DNA of 25,781 nucleotides from Lama guanicoe (Eukaryota): positions 7,493,902-7,519,682 of the forward strand of contig MU053652.1 of the NCBI GenBank assembly GCA_013239625.1, given 5' to 3'. The position numbers and the translations under genes were made by a program. Positions within the stretch are counted from its first letter, which is position 1. Each line of letters begins with the position of its first letter. Below the pieces are notes generated by a model. It worked only from the letters and a program-made list of their open reading frames with translations. It was not told the origin of the DNA and searched no databases. Positions 23,310 to 25,781 of the stretch are shown here, in pieces.

Positions 23310-23372
23310 TTAGTTTAAGAAAACATTGTTGAACGCCTATGCTTTCTCAGGCACTGTGCTGGACGTGGATTG
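23310..23372 (-). mobile_element. L2 terminal fragment
   Basis: 'aaacattgttgaacgcctatgctttctcaggcactgtgctggacg' matches the L2 3' terminus. Confidence 0.6.
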
Positions 23373-24597
23373 CAAAAAAAAGGCCTTTTCCCTTGTAAAT
23401 TAATTATCTCTTACATCATAAAACACAGGACCAGTATCACAATTTTTCTACTTACTTTGTTGTAGCTTAAAAACAGATAATCTGAGTCAACTGACTTCAC
23501 TGAGCTAAACCATTTTCAATAATTCCTGTACAGAAAGTGATTCTGAAAATGAGCAGTCTTCCGTAATATCAGAGAGAGATTTAGCTGGAAATCATCCATT
23601 ACCATTAATAGAATTTATATAACTCAATTTTGCTGCCATTAAAAGGTCAAATCTGAAACGCTTTATTAAAGTTATTTCCTTTCAAAGACGTTGTTTCCGT
23701 CAAAAATTATAAGTTATAGAATTCAAGAATGGTCATTAACATCTCCTTTAATCTATATTCACTATTTTAATCTCTTTAGACTTTTGCCCCACTAATTATA
23801 TTTTTATGTATATAGATATATATCTTTGCCTTCAATTACCTCACTTGGTGGGCAGCCTCTAAGTTAAAAGATATGTATATGTATACACATATATAAAAAT
23901 CTCCCAATTTAGAACAATTGTGGGTGAGGTTTTGTCGTTGTTGACGCCTATAAAAACCTTTTGCCTGTAGAGACCCCTTACCAAACGAGGTAATTAAAAG
24001 CACAGACTCCCTTTGGAGAAGGAGTATTTTCCACTGAAGTGTCCTCTAATGAACAATCAGAGGTAAGCGTCTTCTCTTGAATGAGCAGAAAGCAACCTCC
24101 TGGAAGCTTTATCCTGGACTGTCTCAGTTGACTGCGGATCTCCAACGGCGTTTTGTCAAGCACACTGCGGTACCATGAGAGTAACAGAATAAGAGTGTAA
24201 GCTTGGATGTAGCCCAACCTGCCCAGCATCTGTTAGGGAGGCATCTGTGCCACCTTCCATCATCCCCACCCTCTGTCTCAGTCGAACTGACTCTAAGTGT
24301 CTGATACTGTAGGTGGTTTCTTTGGTTAATTCAGATTCATTGTATCTCCTTTCTCTGTTCTGAAACTACCTGTATAAACAGGCCAGGATAATGAGTAAAG
24401 GAGAAAAACAAATACCCAGCCTTCAGTTACAGTTCGATTCTCATCCCCAAACACACAATCACGCCTTGTTCTTTCAAAAGACAGGCTGATCCAGGTTGTG
24501 TCTCACTTAGGAAAATGACCACCTGACACTGGTAGCAGTTGGAGAAGTAATAAATCACCCAAAGTTTATAGTTACAAATCAAGATTTTTTTTTTCCG

Positions 24598-24617
24598 ACT
24601 TCCGGGCAAGATGGCGG
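24598..24617 (+). promoter_or_regulatory. L1 internal promoter start: ETS site (ACTTCCGG) next to YY1 site (CAAGATGGCGG)
   Basis: ACTTCCGG at 24598-24605 (reverse of CCGGAAGT) and CAAGATGGCGG at 24607-24617. YY1 is known to position L1 transcription initiation. Confidence 0.75.
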
Positions 24618-25013
24618 AGTAGAAGGACGCTTGTAAGTCACCCTCTCCCACAAATACACCAAGACCCACATCTACAGACCCACTCAGCCAACCAGAGCAC
24701 CTGCGGAACTCCAACAGATCATCGCCCTCTTCAAAAGATAAAGACGCCAAAAATCTGGTAGGAGAAAAGGAAAAAAGAAAGAACAAAAGGCAAAGCAGCG
24801 CGGGACGGGTCCCGCGGGGAGGGAGCGGCAAAGGAGGACTGGCGCTCGCTCGCTGGGTCTCCCCTCTCCAATTGAGAGGCCAGCGGGACGGAGGGGGAGC
24901 CTCCAAGGCTCGGATCTGTACAGAGCAGCCCTTGTCTGACAGAACTAAGTTAAACGGGCACAGAGCGTTCCCCCGACACCCAGCCTGAGACGCGGGCCGG
25001 CAGCGGCGGGCAG

Positions 25014-25080
25014 GGCCAGGCTGCACAGGCCAGGCTGCACAAGCCGGGCGGAGGACGGGGGCGGCTGGACGGGGGCGGCT
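25014..25080 (+). repeat. Two separate perfect 14-bp tandem duplications
   Basis: (ggccaggctgcaca)x2 at 25014-25041 and (ggacgggggcggct)x2 at 25053-25080. Confidence 0.95.
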
Positions 25081-25513
25081 GCACGGAGGCAGCTCCAGGG
25101 GACTGCAAGGGGCTGGGCGCCGGGGCTGTGGGTGTACAGGACGGAACAACCTGGGCCCTCCATAAAACAGCAAGGTTGATGTGCTCTAAGGGGAAGGGTG
25201 CATACCCCCATCTCTGAAAACCCGCGGAAACTTTTCAGGGGAAGAGGGGCGGGGCCCAGGCAGAGCCGCCATATTCTCCGGCGCTGAGCACCCAGGCGGG
25301 GGCAGAGGCGAAACCTGCGTCCGCACCGAAGGGCTTAGCAGCCTCAAGGGCCAGACTGAGACGGGCCTACAGCCCTGGGCAGATAGGATCCTTCCATTCT
25401 GGTCCCCCAGAGAACTTGCTCCACAAAGACAAACAAGCAGCTGGGTCTTGGCTCGGAGCAGGGACGAGGCTGCCCCTAGGTCTTCCCTGAGCCCACCCGC
25501 GGAGCACAAAGGA

Positions 25514-25634
25514 GGGCGAAGCGCCGACCAGGACGGAGCGCGACCAGGGCGGAGCGCCGACCGACCTGGACAGAGCGCGACCAGGGCGGAGCGCCGAACG
25601 GGGCGGAGCGCCGGCCAGGGCGGAGCGCCGGCGC
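25514..25634 (+). repeat. GC-rich minisatellite, ~7 units of 16-21 bp, consensus GGGCGGAGCGCCGACCA
   Basis: Units start at 25514, 25531, 25547, 25568, 25584, 25601 and 25618. Confidence 0.92.
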
Positions 25635-25781
25635 AGAGCGCGCAGCCGCACAGAGCAGCGGAGCTACCGGCTGCGCAGGCAGGGGGAGAGCGGCCCCCCG
25701 CCTGTCGGGCAGGAACACAACCCCTGACCGAGGTGCTGGGAAGGGGCACGACCCGCCCTCCTGCCTGGCCAGTCTGCAACA

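Larger units (their letters stand above)
24597..25781 (+). mobile_element. 5' UTR of a young, probably full-length L1 (continues beyond the window; ORF1 not reached)
   Basis: Abrupt switch from AT-rich to GC/CpG-rich sequence at 24597. It begins 'gacttccgggcaagatggcggagtag', a typical mammalian L1 5' terminus with a YY1 site, and CpGs are largely intact. It is preceded by an L1-EN-like site TC/AAGA at 24579-24584. Confidence 0.85.
24790..25781. other. CpG island (L1 5' UTR)
   Basis: Visibly very high GC and CpG density compared with the rest of the window. Confidence 0.85.

Noticed and set aside
24427..25173. 248-aa minus-strand ORF
   Set aside because: It starts at TTG with no early ATG, has the low-complexity Pro/Arg/Ala composition expected of antisense GC-rich DNA, and runs across the L1 boundary into unrelated flank. 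No recognisable domain.
25514..25634. CRISPR-like array
   Set aside because: The units are contiguous with no unique spacers, the context is mammalian, and there are no cas genes.
25186..25779. 197-aa minus-strand ORF and overlapping 94-aa and 80-aa ORFs
   Set aside because: These are a by-product of the stop-poor GC-rich minisatellite and UTR, with repetitive SALRP/ALVAL translation. Only the internal ATG-initiated 28-aa part is noted, speculatively.

Overview
This is mammalian (eutherian) non-coding genomic DNA, either intergenic or intronic, not prokaryotic. I found no supportable host protein-coding exon, RNA gene or CRISPR array. The window is dominated by interspersed repeats: ancient L2, MIR, MER5 and MLT1 fragments, old L1M pieces, a 464-bp ERV1-type solo LTR nested in an L1 endonuclease fragment, a 5'-truncated younger L1 with target-site duplications (10794-12028), and the CpG-rich 5' UTR of a probably young full-length L1 running off the right edge (24597-25781). 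The L1 3' tail looks cetartiodactyl, and I saw no Bov-tA, BovB or PRE1 SINEs, so a camelid is my best guess (inference). The most notable structures are: (1) a 2.15-kb head-to-tail tandem duplication with a blunt junction, where 9 of 12 inter-copy differences fall in the first ~280 bp; (2) an L1 5' UTR with an inverted internal YY1 + Sp1 module upstream of antisense Kozak-context ORFs, positionally reminiscent of the primate L1 antisense promoter/ORF0; and (3) a BRE-TATA-splice-donor cassette just upstream of that L1. Repeat family names come from recalled consensus sequences, not a database search, and boundaries of ancient repeats are approximate. I cannot support a claim of a wholly new biological system.
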